This document shows, in pieces, positions 36,401 to 45,848 of a stretch of DNA of 64,000 nucleotides. The translations under genes and the position numbers were made by a program. Origin of the DNA: a virus. Its lineage: Duplodnaviria; Caudoviricetes. The stretch lies in the IMG/VR virus record IMGVR_UViG_3300028738_000008; one strand, given 5' to 3'. The notes below the pieces were generated by a model that had not been told where the DNA came from, made no database searches, and worked only from the letters and a program-made list of their open reading frames with translations. Position 1 is the first letter of the stretch. The number at the start of each line of letters is the position of its first letter.

Positions 36401-36715
36401 ATGATAAACGAAGAAAATTATAGCCGATTTGTCTTTTTTAAGAATGAACATATGCGTGACGGCGGCAAATTTCCATTAGAAACTGCTTTAACTGAATTAG
36501 TGAAAATATGTATTATGACTAAAGAGTATAAGCTTTATTATGGTGGTGGCTGTGAATATGAGACAATAAATCCCATAAGCGTATATGATGTTGTCTGCTA
36601 TTTTGGAATAACAGGAGACCCCTACTTTATGGTGTGTATGGATAATGAGCAAGGTGATTGCTGCGACTTATATCGTTGCAATGCTAACTGCAAGATTGAG
36701 AATAAATTAATATAA
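36401..36715 (+). CDS. hypothetical protein
   Basis: ORF. Confidence 0.55.
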   Translation: MINEENYSRFVFFKNEHMRDGGKFPLETALTELVKICIMTKEYKLYYGGGCEYETINPISVYDVVCYFGITGDPYFMVCMDNEQGDCCDLYRCNANCKIENKLI

Positions 36716-36723
36716 TAAATCAT

Positions 36724-37053
36724 ATGAGAACAAAATTAATAACTGGTCACGTGGAGCATTATTCTCCAGAAGACCCTAGCAAAGAGCTTGGTGTCTTTAT
36801 CAACTATAACATCGATGGAACTAATTTAAAATTCGAAGCCTCTATTCCATACATTTTTAAAAACGGAAATTATATCTTCTTTGAAACATTGATGGTGATG
36901 TTTGACTACTTCCTAAATGGCAACGTTTATTTGAAACGAGCCTATTTGCCAGAAGATGAATTCGACGCATTGTATGACGCTAAATTCATTGACGGCTTAT
37001 TTGTCGATAAGCTAGACTGGATAGACGGTTCAAGTGCCGAAAATCCGAACTAA
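36724..37053 (+). CDS. hypothetical protein
   Basis: ORF. Confidence 0.6.
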   Translation: MRTKLITGHVEHYSPEDPSKELGVFINYNIDGTNLKFEASIPYIFKNGNYIFFETLMVMFDYFLNGNVYLKRAYLPEDEFDALYDAKFIDGLFVDKLDWIDGSSAENPN

Positions 37054-37088
37054 AAAAAGGGAAGCAAATTAAATTTGCTTCCCTTTTT
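37052..37088. terminator. bidirectional terminator at the strand switch
   Basis: AAAAAAAGGGAAGCAAAT / ATTTGCTTCCCTTTTT between convergent gene blocks. Confidence 0.9.
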
Positions 37089-37108
37089 CATTTGTACAAT
37101 GTACCGAA

Positions 37109-37858
37109 TTATAATTGACTAAGTTCATTCATAATTCGCAATGCAACATTAACCTTTGTCATGGATTGCATTGCCACCCATTTAATAGTTTTATCATGAT
37201 CTATAGCAATGTTTCCCCAAAAATGCTTTGATAAGTCCTGATCATCATAGATTTCAACCGTGTTCTTTAAACCTAAGAATTCTGAAATTACAGAGACTGT
37301 GCTTGTAGCACTTCCACCGAACTTCCAAACTTCCTCAACGTCAATAACCAAATCGCCTTCCCAAGGTTTTGACGACAACATTTCCTTTATGACTACTGGC
37401 AATTTAACAGGCTTGCTAAACGTAGCCTTGTTAACTAGATATCGTTTGATTAGAAGCGGAATCTTATGTTTAGACAAACCGAATCCGCATAATATCGGTG
37501 CTTTATTGCCTGTAGCTTCTAAATCATTCAAATAAGTTAAAAATGTTTCAATGATCAAATCTTCACCAGAACCTGCAATTTTTTGGAAGTTTCTTTTTAT
37601 CTCTCCGTTAACCATTCCCATTGTGCCATAAGATATGGCGACAATTTTACAAAATTCAGGATACTTCACAGCAGATGTTTCGTAGGGAAAACTGAATTCA
37701 TCCCTGTAGCCACTCCTGATCTGCATCCACTGATCATACATGCCTTTGTTGCCACTTTCAAGGGCATCTAGCGTGGGATACTCTAACACACTATCTATCG
37801 ATACAAATAACATCTGATAGATGTTTGCACGATTAAAAACCGTTTTAATTAAGTCCAT
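37109..37858 (-). CDS. PolB-like 3'-5' exonuclease homologue, catalytic residues degenerate
   Basis: EFCKIVAISYG, KPWE...IDVEEVWKFG family motifs; ExoI/II/III acidic residues missing. Confidence 0.7.
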   Translation of the reverse strand: MDLIKTVFNRANIYQMLFVSIDSVLEYPTLDALESGNKGMYDQWMQIRSGYRDEFSFPYETSAVKYPEFCKIVAISYGTMGMVNGEIKRNFQKIAGSGEDLIIETFLTYLNDLEATGNKAPILCGFGLSKHKIPLLIKRYLVNKATFSKPVKLPVVIKEMLSSKPWEGDLVIDVEEVWKFGGSATSTVSVISEFLGLKNTVEIYDDQDLSKHFWGNIAIDHDKTIKWVAMQSMTKVNVALRIMNELSQL

Positions 37859-37884
37859 ATTATTACAATTATTTATATTTTTTA

Positions 37885-37915
37885 CAAAGATAGGGTATTT
37901 ATATGAAATGGACAA
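37885..37915 (-). promoter_or_regulatory. Bacteroidota sigma-A-type promoter
   Basis: TTGT-N19-TATCTTTG. Confidence 0.55.
37895..37902 (+). promoter_or_regulatory. putative late promoter motif GTATTTAT
   Basis: Upstream of 37908; overlaps the divergent host-type promoter. Confidence 0.45.
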
Positions 37916-38372
37916 GAAAATTACGCCTACACCGACAAATATTTCCAAAGGTTTTTGGAATGATATTATGACAGATAATAATTCAACTAGATATAGCATG
38001 ACTAAGGTTGGATCATTGATGGGTATGCTTATGATGTTTATCGTCATAATGGCATCTACGATAATCATGGTTGGTAAGCAAGAGATTGATCACGTGTTAA
38101 TCGTAGAGATAATCGGGTTTACTCTAACAGCGGTTGGCTATAAAAACGGCTTTGGGTTTAATGTTAGTAATAAAATTGGTAGTATGGACGCCGAAACCAT
38201 AAATGCCATCAATGCTATAAATAATAACAATAATGGCGTAGCAGGTGTCAACAACGTGATGCCAAAAATGCCTGATGTTCCAGCAATGCCTACGATAGCA
38301 ACGATACCAGTTGTGGCAGTTGCAGATATGCCGCCATCAAATTCACAGATAGAAGAAAATCCCCAGAATTAA
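37908..38372 (+). CDS. 2-TM holin-like membrane protein
   Basis: YSMTKV...two TM helices; Pro/Asn-rich tail. Confidence 0.55.
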   Translation: MDKKITPTPTNISKGFWNDIMTDNNSTRYSMTKVGSLMGMLMMFIVIMASTIIMVGKQEIDHVLIVEIIGFTLTAVGYKNGFGFNVSNKIGSMDAETINAINAINNNNNGVAGVNNVMPKMPDVPAMPTIATIPVVAVADMPPSNSQIEENPQN

Positions 38373-38785
38373 CCAAGTATAAACTTGATTAATTTGAGGA
38401 TTATTGACTTGTTTTGCTCCTTTACTTTTGCGTATATCTCACTGATTTCAATAAGATCATAATTAAGTAAACTATATTCCTGATAATCCTTTGAATGCTT
38501 TAGAATGTATTCAATACATTCCATGCGTTTCTGTTCGCTTAATTGACGTTTAAGTTCCATGTTTTTAACCAAGTCATCGCCATAGCCTTCAATATCTCTG
38601 GCAAACATCGTCATAGACCTCTCATTTTCGCTTTTTATTTGCTTAATCTCGGCAACGTACATGCTTTTTGAAACTGGCTTGTCTGCGCCAATTTCTATGA
38701 CTTCTTCCAATAATTCCCTATCTTCGTCGCTTAAGGTATTAGACTTCTGGTTTTGGTTTAACTGGTTTTGGTTTTTTTGTGTCAT
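38369..38785 (-). CDS. hypothetical protein
   Basis: ORF. Confidence 0.65.
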   Translation of the reverse strand: MTQKNQNQLNQNQKSNTLSDEDRELLEEVIEIGADKPVSKSMYVAEIKQIKSENERSMTMFARDIEGYGDDLVKNMELKRQLSEQKRMECIEYILKHSKDYQEYSLLNYDLIEISEIYAKVKEQNKSIILKLIKFILG

Positions 38786-39164
38786 CGGCTTTAAATGAAT
38801 TTTCTCTCATTTCGTCTAATTCTCTATAAAATTGCGATGCTTCCTCTTGTAAGTCCTTTTTTATGTTTGCCATTTTTGCTGCGAACAATGCTTCCTTTTC
38901 AGCAATCTTTTTATTTGTTTTTATAAGCATCTTAACAAAATCAACAAGCGTATCGAGTCCTATGTCTTGCTTGGTCGGTGAAACAACAATAAGCTTGCCT
39001 TCTTCTGACTCGCCCACAATCTCACAATTCACCATTGGGTTTCCAACGATAGCCCATTTAGCTGGAACGCCTATTTCTAATTCGTACCATCCCTCGACAG
39101 TATTTCTACTTATTGTAATAAGGACGCCTTCCAAAGGTTCTAATAACTTTTCTAGTCTATCCAT
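38739..39164 (-). CDS. hypothetical coiled-coil protein
   Basis: MDRLEKLL... Confidence 0.7.
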   Translation of the reverse strand: MDRLEKLLEPLEGVLITISRNTVEGWYELEIGVPAKWAIVGNPMVNCEIVGESEEGKLIVVSPTKQDIGLDTLVDFVKMLIKTNKKIAEKEALFAAKMANIKKDLQEEASQFYRELDEMRENSFKADDTKKPKPVKPKPEV

Positions 39165-39166
39165 AA

Positions 39167-39367
39167 TTAAAATATATAGCTTAGGAAAATTCCAATGGAA
39201 AACCATAGAATTAATTTTTCGTATACAGATAAAATAAACTTGGTATCATTGCCCATTTTAATTTTACTATATGCTTTAACGGAAATGTCAATAACGATAT
39301 GCACTAAAAAAATAATTGACATAATAAATGCCAATTGATATGCCTCTTTCAAAATTTGTATAATCAT
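39167..39367 (-). CDS. small 2-TM protein
   Basis: Hydrophobic ORF. Confidence 0.6.
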   Translation of the reverse strand: MIIQILKEAYQLAFIMSIIFLVHIVIDISVKAYSKIKMGNDTKFILSVYEKLILWFSIGIFLSYIF

Positions 39368-39383
39368 TTTATATATTTTTAAT

Positions 39384-39611
39384 TTATTTTTGGTCTTCTT
39401 GATAATTTTCTGGTTCGTTTTCCAAAAAATACTGATCTACCATTCCGATTTTTGAATTTATTAAAATAATTTCGCCAATAATGTGTAAAATGTTTTCAAG
39501 TTTTGCACGATAGCTAAGAGTTTGCGAATTTGCGCACTCATTTAATTCGATTTCTGCTAAATATTTTTCAGAAGATAGCTTACTTAGTAAATCATATTTT
39601 AAATTATCCAT
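39384..39611 (-). CDS. hypothetical protein
   Basis: ORF. Confidence 0.6.
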   Translation of the reverse strand: MDNLKYDLLSKLSSEKYLAEIELNECANSQTLSYRAKLENILHIIGEIILINSKIGMVDQYFLENEPENYQEDQK

Positions 39612-39619
39612 TTTTTTTG

Positions 39620-39650
39620 TAAAAGTATAAATAATTTATAACAATTGCAA
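39620..39650 (-). promoter_or_regulatory. Bacteroidota sigma-A-type promoter (1 mismatch)
   Basis: TTGC-N19-TACTTTTA. Confidence 0.45.
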
Positions 39651-39656
39651 GTTGTT

Positions 39657-40088
39657 TTAAACTTTTTCAAGAATTTCTTTTTTTGGATTTAGAGATTTGT
39701 TAAAAATATTATAAATTTCGATCAAAATATTCATATCATTGCTATTTTTTTGATTTTTATAATTAAAAATGCCTCGCCAAAATTTATCTAACTTATGAAT
39801 GTCAATAGAATCCTTATCGGTTCGACCATCTGTTTTATAAACATGATGAATATAGAACGAATAGAAGTAGGACTTTAAATCAGCATTGTCCGAAAAAATG
39901 ATTTTCTCTTTTTCGAAACCTTTACACACTTCGTTATAGCACCAATTATAATGATTACACATATCGTCGCTATTACTTAGAGTTTTTACGTCTAAATAAT
40001 AATCATATATTTTATGTAATAAATTTATTGTGAAGTCACGATAAAGTTCCGCCCTAATTATTACGATTTTTACTTTCTGATCTGCCAT
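39657..40088 (-). CDS. hypothetical protein
   Basis: MADQKV... Confidence 0.7.
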   Translation of the reverse strand: MADQKVKIVIIRAELYRDFTINLLHKIYDYYLDVKTLSNSDDMCNHYNWCYNEVCKGFEKEKIIFSDNADLKSYFYSFYIHHVYKTDGRTDKDSIDIHKLDKFWRGIFNYKNQKNSNDMNILIEIYNIFNKSLNPKKEILEKV

Positions 40089-40118
40089 TGTTCTTATAGT
40101 TATTAAAATATTCTGATG

Positions 40119-40149
40119 CAAATATACTACAAATATCGATACCACCAAA
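40119..40149 (-). promoter_or_regulatory. Bacteroidota sigma-A-type promoter
   Basis: TTTG-N19-TATATTTG perfect match. Confidence 0.75.
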
Positions 40150-40180
40150 TTTTATATTCTAAAAAATGTTTTGTATAAAA

Positions 40181-40226
40181 AAACAGGATATCTAAGTATA
40201 AATAGTCATACTTAAATATCCTGTTT
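40181..40226 (-). terminator. long hairpin downstream of the 985-aa gene
   Basis: AAACAGGATATCTAAGTAT / ATACTTAAATATCCTGTTT. Confidence 0.65.
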
Positions 40227-40250
40227 CAAATAAAGTTTATGCGACAATTA

Positions 40251-43208
40251 TTAAATTCTCGTATTGTTTTTAACGTTTACGAAGTCAGACGCTTTGTATT
40301 CGAATAAATGTTTCATTTTATCGAAATCACCGTTAACGACTTCCTTACCCACAGTGTTTTCGCTAAGCATTTTTTTGCTTTTCTCTACAGTGAAGATATT
40401 CTTGTTAGCGTCAACGTAGTACTCAAACAATGAAATGATTTCAGAAATGCCTTCGTTAATGCCAATTTTATGAGTGGTTGTATCAAGTTTATTGGTATAA
40501 GCATTTCCAAGTCCGTTTAAATTTAATGGAAACCATGCTTCGTCAATCTTTGTCATTTCCTTGGCTTCGCTTAATGTAAAGTCAATGATATGTGATTTGC
40601 CGAATTCATCAAAGAATTTGCCGCTAATATAAGATTCATTAACCTTTTTAGCATTAGCTGTAGGCTGAGTGTCTTTGTTATACATCGGTTGATTGTGACG
40701 CATATCCAATTTACGTAATCTCATTGCATAATTCTTATCGCCCATATCCTTTTTCATTCTGTCTTCGAACTTCTGATCAGGTTTGATTGAATAGTCATAG
40801 TCGCCAAGTCCTAGTCTGTAGCTGTCAACCTCGTCTTGTTCCTCAGTGCTCAAGTTTCTCTTAGGTACTTCATCGCCACTTTCATTAGCTGAATTACCAA
40901 CGTTCTTCAAAGCAACACCCTTAGTTTTCTTAAGTTCTTCTTTTTCAATGTCTGAACTAAGTTTCTTAGGGTCTTTGATTTCGGTTTGCTGATCTTTCCA
41001 CTGCAATTCTTTCTCAACGTCGATAATTTCCTTTGTTCCGCTGTGCTGCATATCCTGTTTAAAGTTTTTGCTATTGTCGTTACCCAATCTGTCAACATTT
41101 ATAAGCGATGGAGTTCTCTTGTCCTCTGAAATGCTTTTCAAATTTGATTGTAAGTCTGATAGTTGTTTCAACTCCTCATTTAATTCTGAGAATATCTTAT
41201 TTTCTTCCATATTGTCCTCTCTGTTATCTCTATCCATTTGTCTTTGCTGATCACGTGGATGGTTCTTAATCGCCTTGCGATACTGTGTTGCTAGCGTTCT
41301 CAATGTGGGAATACCATCATATTCCATGTTACGTTTAAGAATAACTTCAACCTCTGGTTTGCTGTTATAAACGCTATGACTTGTTATTTTTAACTGACCG
41401 TTTCTATATTCAATTGGCTCATAAATATAAGGTTCTTGCCAAGTGCTCTGACTATCGACAACGCCAATAGGGTCACCATCGGAATCCTTTGCCATGTTTA
41501 TCAGGGCATTAACGATATTAACCAGTTTCTGAACTCTAGGATCAGCCTTAATTATTCCGCCTTCGCTCATATCGCCTTCACTCATGCCACTTGAATTCAT
41601 TGTATCATCCATTTCGCCACCCGAACTCATGCCAGTATCCATTCCGCCACCGCTACCAGCTTTTACTGACATACTTGCTGGGTTATCATCTATCATTGAT
41701 GTTTCTTCGATATTTTTCATATTATTTTCTTTTACTTTTTCAGGTAATTTATTGGTTTTTGTCGATGCAAAATCCTTTACATCGTTAGGCTTCATAGAAC
41801 TAGCCGCTTTTTCAACTGACGAACCAACTTTACTTGGTTCAATTTCGCCAGTCTGTACGGCTCTAACCATGCCCATAAAACGTTGCTGTGCTTTTGAAAC
41901 AGCCTTTTCATCCATTATACTTTCTTCCAAGTCTCTTAGATTATATCCGTCAGCGGCTAAACGTTTGTTTACTGCTCTTTTAACGGCTTTCATCAGACTA
42001 TCAAAAGTCATTCCGCCATTTGGTTTAAGATAATCATACATCGAATTAACATCAGATAAATCATCCCAGCTTATAGGCAACATTTTATTAGCTAAAGTCA
42101 TGGCAACGCTATATAAAGCTTCGCCAGTTAAGTTTGGAATATCTTCTTTAGTTAATTTTCTACCCAAAGCCTTAACATCTTCTCTGGTACTAAGTTTTTT
42201 ACCCATTGGTGCAACAGATTCCGTTTCAATGTTTGCTGTATCGAACTTATGTGACTTCATTTGATTGTCAATCACATTAAGATCAGAATTGCTCATGTTT
42301 TTTGTCTCATTTCCATAAGCATCTGACTTATCGGATATATCGGATAATTCGGCTTCTCTATCGAGTTGTTCATTTTTTACACCTGATATTCCGTCCTCTG
42401 GTAAATTTTTGTTTTCAGGATGTGGAAAGTATGAATGAGGTTGAGTCATATCATTGTGTAATAAGTCAACGTCTTTGGGTCTCATTCTCGCAATATCTTG
42501 ACCAACATATAATGGCGAATTGTCATCAATATTTTTTATTTTTTCATTTGTTTTTTTTGATGCTGGTAATTCGCTAACACCAATACCGTGATTACTTCCT
42601 GTATGCGATGCTTTATAGTCTTTGTTCAATTTATCATACATTGAGAAATCCTGTTCTTCATTCAACTGGTCATAAACTTTTGCAAAATAATCAGCCTCTG
42701 CCAAGTAGTTTTCCTGAATCACTGTACCCTGCGGAAAGATAGGTTTACGAATTGGTGATTTAGATGAATTTCCTAATAGATCGCCGTTAGCTGCCCAAGC
42801 CGAGGGGCCCGCATATGCTCCAGAACTAGATGAATTTGTTTCTTCGTCAAGTTCGGTGGCTGTTTTGCCTGCTTTATCTGCTACCTTTTCAATTGCATCG
42901 TTTTTCAGTTTATTTATACCTGATTTGTCACGACGTTTCTTTTCTTTTGGTCTAGCCATTTTATATTTCTGGAGAAACTTAGGACTGTTAAGAATATAGT
43001 CATTGAAGATGATATTCATAATGGTTTCATTATAATGATAGCCGTAACGCTCCTCTCCATTGATAGCCATATCGTTATAGAGATTTGTTAGCTTGGGGTC
43101 TGAAAAAACTAGAGTCTCCATTTTACCTAATTTAAAGATTTTTTTCTTTAAGGATATCTCTCTTTCATTTAGTAAATTGTCAACCTCATTTAAATTAGTT
43201 ACACTCAT
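40251..43208 (-). CDS. large acidic, probably virion-associated protein with an embedded DUF3008-like motif
   Basis: 985 aa; AVSKAQQRFMG...MKPNDVKDFASTK...LPEKV. Confidence 0.7.
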   Translation of the reverse strand: MSVTNLNEVDNLLNEREISLKKKIFKLGKMETLVFSDPKLTNLYNDMAINGEERYGYHYNETIMNIIFNDYILNSPKFLQKYKMARPKEKKRRDKSGINKLKNDAIEKVADKAGKTATELDEETNSSSSGAYAGPSAWAANGDLLGNSSKSPIRKPIFPQGTVIQENYLAEADYFAKVYDQLNEEQDFSMYDKLNKDYKASHTGSNHGIGVSELPASKKTNEKIKNIDDNSPLYVGQDIARMRPKDVDLLHNDMTQPHSYFPHPENKNLPEDGISGVKNEQLDREAELSDISDKSDAYGNETKNMSNSDLNVIDNQMKSHKFDTANIETESVAPMGKKLSTREDVKALGRKLTKEDIPNLTGEALYSVAMTLANKMLPISWDDLSDVNSMYDYLKPNGGMTFDSLMKAVKRAVNKRLAADGYNLRDLEESIMDEKAVSKAQQRFMGMVRAVQTGEIEPSKVGSSVEKAASSMKPNDVKDFASTKTNKLPEKVKENNMKNIEETSMIDDNPASMSVKAGSGGGMDTGMSSGGEMDDTMNSSGMSEGDMSEGGIIKADPRVQKLVNIVNALINMAKDSDGDPIGVVDSQSTWQEPYIYEPIEYRNGQLKITSHSVYNSKPEVEVILKRNMEYDGIPTLRTLATQYRKAIKNHPRDQQRQMDRDNREDNMEENKIFSELNEELKQLSDLQSNLKSISEDKRTPSLINVDRLGNDNSKNFKQDMQHSGTKEIIDVEKELQWKDQQTEIKDPKKLSSDIEKEELKKTKGVALKNVGNSANESGDEVPKRNLSTEEQDEVDSYRLGLGDYDYSIKPDQKFEDRMKKDMGDKNYAMRLRKLDMRHNQPMYNKDTQPTANAKKVNESYISGKFFDEFGKSHIIDFTLSEAKEMTKIDEAWFPLNLNGLGNAYTNKLDTTTHKIGINEGISEIISLFEYYVDANKNIFTVEKSKKMLSENTVGKEVVNGDFDKMKHLFEYKASDFVNVKNNTRI

Positions 43209-43211
43209 GAT

Positions 43212-43379
43212 TTATATTTTTATTAAATTTTGCTTAGGATAAAATTCATCAAGCCATCCATTTTCCCATGAATTATTATACGCAGATACACATGTAGATC
43301 GAAATTCCATTCTTGTATCACAAGTCAACGAAATTTCCTTACAGCGTTCCTTAGTCCAATAATTTGGTGCTTTTCTCAT
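43212..43379 (-). CDS. 55-aa stand-alone homing-endonuclease-type repeat (not in ORF track)
   Basis: YWTKERCKE...RMEF...AY...GWLDE. Confidence 0.5.
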   Translation of the reverse strand: MRKAPNYWTKERCKEISLTCDTRMEFRSTCVSAYNNSWENGWLDEFYPKQNLIKI

Positions 43380-43404
43380 TATTTTATAATTTATTCATTA
43401 TCAA

Positions 43405-43617
43405 TTAGTTAATTCCAGTTTTCCAAAACTCTTTCTTCTGCCATAATACCTTGAATATCTGCTCCATAGAGTCTTTAATAGTCCTTATCAACTCGCTTCT
43501 AGCAGCACCGCTTTTATTGCTGAGAGCCTTGCCAACTTCTTTATTCAGAGATTCTTCTGAGAATTTGCGCAATTCGTCTTTTACAATTTTCTTTATATCG
43601 TTTTCGGTAAATTCCAT
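43405..43617 (-). CDS. hypothetical protein
   Basis: ORF; late motif upstream. Confidence 0.7.
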   Translation of the reverse strand: MEFTENDIKKIVKDELRKFSEESLNKEVGKALSNKSGAARSELIRTIKDSMEQIFKVLWQKKEFWKTGIN

Positions 43618-43629
43618 AATTTATAAGTA

Positions 43630-43678
43630 TTCAATATATAAATACGTTAATAATGAATAAACGTATTTATATATTGAA
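43630..43678. repeat. 19-bp perfect inverted repeat carrying the late motif in both arms
   Basis: TTCAATATATAAATACGTT-N11-AACGTATTTATATATTGAA. Confidence 0.85.
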
Positions 43679-43696
43679 TTTAAATGCTATGTGATA

Positions 43697-44482
43697 TTAC
43701 TTTAGTGCTCTGCCTATAAAGTATCCACCCACAAGTGCTGTTGGCGTTATAATGAGCATCTTATTCTTTCCAATGGATATACCCACTCGCTGAATGAAGT
43801 TAGGTTTTACGGTTACTTTATCTAACTGAGGTATGGCATAACTGGAAATATCAAATGTTTTAAAATATGGATTACTATTTGACACACTAAATGCCACTGG
43901 AAATCCTTCCTTGCGATTATCCTTCCAAAAGAAGTCTACAAACTGAGTGTTGATTAAATCGAACTGATTAAACATGATTGCAGGCTTAACTGTGCCCTTT
44001 AAAGCCGTCACATTCTTCACATCAATGTTGAACTTAAGATAGTTCGTGCTATCCTTAAAATTGACTGTATTATGCAGAGAATCGACTGTCACTTTTGGAT
44101 TGCTAAGAGAGTCTATTATTACATGTGTTTCAATCAATGCTGCTGTGATCACAGTATTTTCCTTCTCAGCTTTCTTTACCCTTGCAAGCAAATTCTTTTC
44201 ATTTGATGATAGATTATTGTTCTTATCGGTCAAGTCCTTTACTTTGCCTTGTAATGTTAATTTCTCTGCTACTATCTCATTATATGCGTTCGTTGTAAAG
44301 GAAATGCTGTCAACCAAGGCATTTTTCAGCTTAGTTTCATTTTCCAGTTTATCCTTTAGATTTCCGACCTTATTGGAGTATAGCATCCAGCCACCGCCAA
44401 TTAATACTATGAGAGCAATGACAATTATAATTATCTGCCCTATGTTTATCGTGATTACACGTGTTGTTCCTGATTCTGCCAT
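43697..44482 (-). CDS. TM-anchored coiled-coil protein (Rz/spanin-like, tentative)
   Basis: N-terminal TM, coiled coil, C-terminal hydrophobic helix; near the amidase-like gene. Confidence 0.55.
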   Translation of the reverse strand: MAESGTTRVITINIGQIIIIVIALIVLIGGGWMLYSNKVGNLKDKLENETKLKNALVDSISFTTNAYNEIVAEKLTLQGKVKDLTDKNNNLSSNEKNLLARVKKAEKENTVITAALIETHVIIDSLSNPKVTVDSLHNTVNFKDSTNYLKFNIDVKNVTALKGTVKPAIMFNQFDLINTQFVDFFWKDNRKEGFPVAFSVSNSNPYFKTFDISSYAIPQLDKVTVKPNFIQRVGISIGKNKMLIITPTALVGGYFIGRALK

Positions 44483-44493
44483 GATATTGATTT

Positions 44494-44967
44494 TTATTGA
44501 TTGTTGTTGGTATCGCCTAAATTTTCGATCCAATATTTATTAAATTCGTCGTAATTTGCTTCGAGCCTACTTGTTATCTCGCTATTTTCCTCATTATCCT
44601 TGTTAAAGTTTTCAGAGTATTTGAATTCCACACCAGTTGAATTATTCACTGGTGGTACAGTGTAAGTGAATTCCAATTCATTGTTCACAACTCCGCCCCA
44701 GAATACGAAATCGTCATAGACTTCGAGATCATAATATTCGATATTCACATTTATGTCTTGAAATAAGCCATTTATAATACCTTCCTCACGCTCCTGATCA
44801 TTTTGAGTTGCTTTATTAATCCTATCATTGTCGCTGGTGCTAATTTCAACGTCCTCATTAAGCTTTCTGGTTATTTTAAGCATTTCACGCATGGTCATGT
44901 CTGATTTTTCAACCTTGTGAAAGTGTTGCATTATTCTGGAAATTTTGTCTGTATTAAAAGAGTTCAT
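44494..44967 (-). CDS. hypothetical protein
   Basis: ORF; GTATTTAT at 44981-44988 (-). Confidence 0.7.
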   Translation of the reverse strand: MNSFNTDKISRIMQHFHKVEKSDMTMREMLKITRKLNEDVEISTSDNDRINKATQNDQEREEGIINGLFQDINVNIEYYDLEVYDDFVFWGGVVNNELEFTYTVPPVNNSTGVEFKYSENFNKDNEENSEITSRLEANYDEFNKYWIENLGDTNNNQ

Positions 44968-44980
44968 ATTATTTTTTTAT

Positions 44981-44988
44981 ATAAATAC
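44981..44988 (-). promoter_or_regulatory. putative late promoter motif GTATTTAT
   Basis: 13 nt upstream of 44967. Confidence 0.5.
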
Positions 44989-45588
44989 TTATATTGTAAT
45001 TTGTTTTATAAACCTTGGTATGTTGAAATGTGGTACGCAGAAGGTGTCCACGTCGTAATAGTTGCTCATGAAAACGATTCCGCCACTCTTATTAATGTCC
45101 TTATGATAAAAATCAAATTCGACACATTTAAGATTTATTCCATATTTTTCACATAAATGCTTTGAAAGTTCTGCCAGCGAGTCCATTTGTTGGTCTGTTA
45201 TAGTTTCCCAATAATAATAACCATAATACTTCATTTCGGTTATTTCGCCTTCACAGACTTCGTTAAGTTGGTTATTAAAGATATGATCGCCTTTCATTAA
45301 AGCACCCATATTTTCTAACACAATACTTATGTTATTCTTATTATAAGCATCAATACCAAGATACTTGCTATAATATTTAGGGTCATAATGCTCAAATATT
45401 TCGCCATTTCTAGCGATTGTATAGGTATTCCATTCTTTACAAACGCCATTATCCTTATTAGCAAGTCTGATAAGATGGTTGTGATCTTTACGATTGGAGA
45501 TATTCACAATTATTTGAGTCTTTTTAGTTTCGGTGCTGATATAATTTTTGCACGTCGCAGGGTAGTCTTCAATATTTATATTAATCAT
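44989..45588 (-). CDS. N-acetylmuramoyl-L-alanine amidase (Amidase_2)-like protein, degenerate
   Basis: YTIARNGEI, NKNNISIVLEN, TDQQMDSLAEL...LCEKYGI. Confidence 0.65.
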   Translation of the reverse strand: MININIEDYPATCKNYISTETKKTQIIVNISNRKDHNHLIRLANKDNGVCKEWNTYTIARNGEIFEHYDPKYYSKYLGIDAYNKNNISIVLENMGALMKGDHIFNNQLNEVCEGEITEMKYYGYYYWETITDQQMDSLAELSKHLCEKYGINLKCVEFDFYHKDINKSGGIVFMSNYYDVDTFCVPHFNIPRFIKQITI

Positions 45589-45590
45589 AG

Positions 45591-45848
45591 TTAGCCTCTT
45601 TCTTTATAGAATTTTAGTATTGATTCATAAACTGATATATCATCCGATCCGCCAGATATCCATATAATATCTGTGTATTTTAATTCGTATCTCGGAGTTT
45701 CAAAAGGTATAACCACTGTATCAATGCTGCCGCCCATTAAATAGCTAGGCTTTTTACGACCTATCACATATCCAGTCTTCTCTTGAAAATGGTCGTGGTA
45801 GACATCAATACCGTCCACCACGCCAATTTTATTTAGTTCTGTTTCCAT
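45591..45848 (-). CDS. hypothetical protein
   Basis: ORF. Confidence 0.55.
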   Translation of the reverse strand: METELNKIGVVDGIDVYHDHFQEKTGYVIGRKKPSYLMGGSIDTVVIPFETPRYELKYTDIIWISGGSDDISVYESILKFYKERG

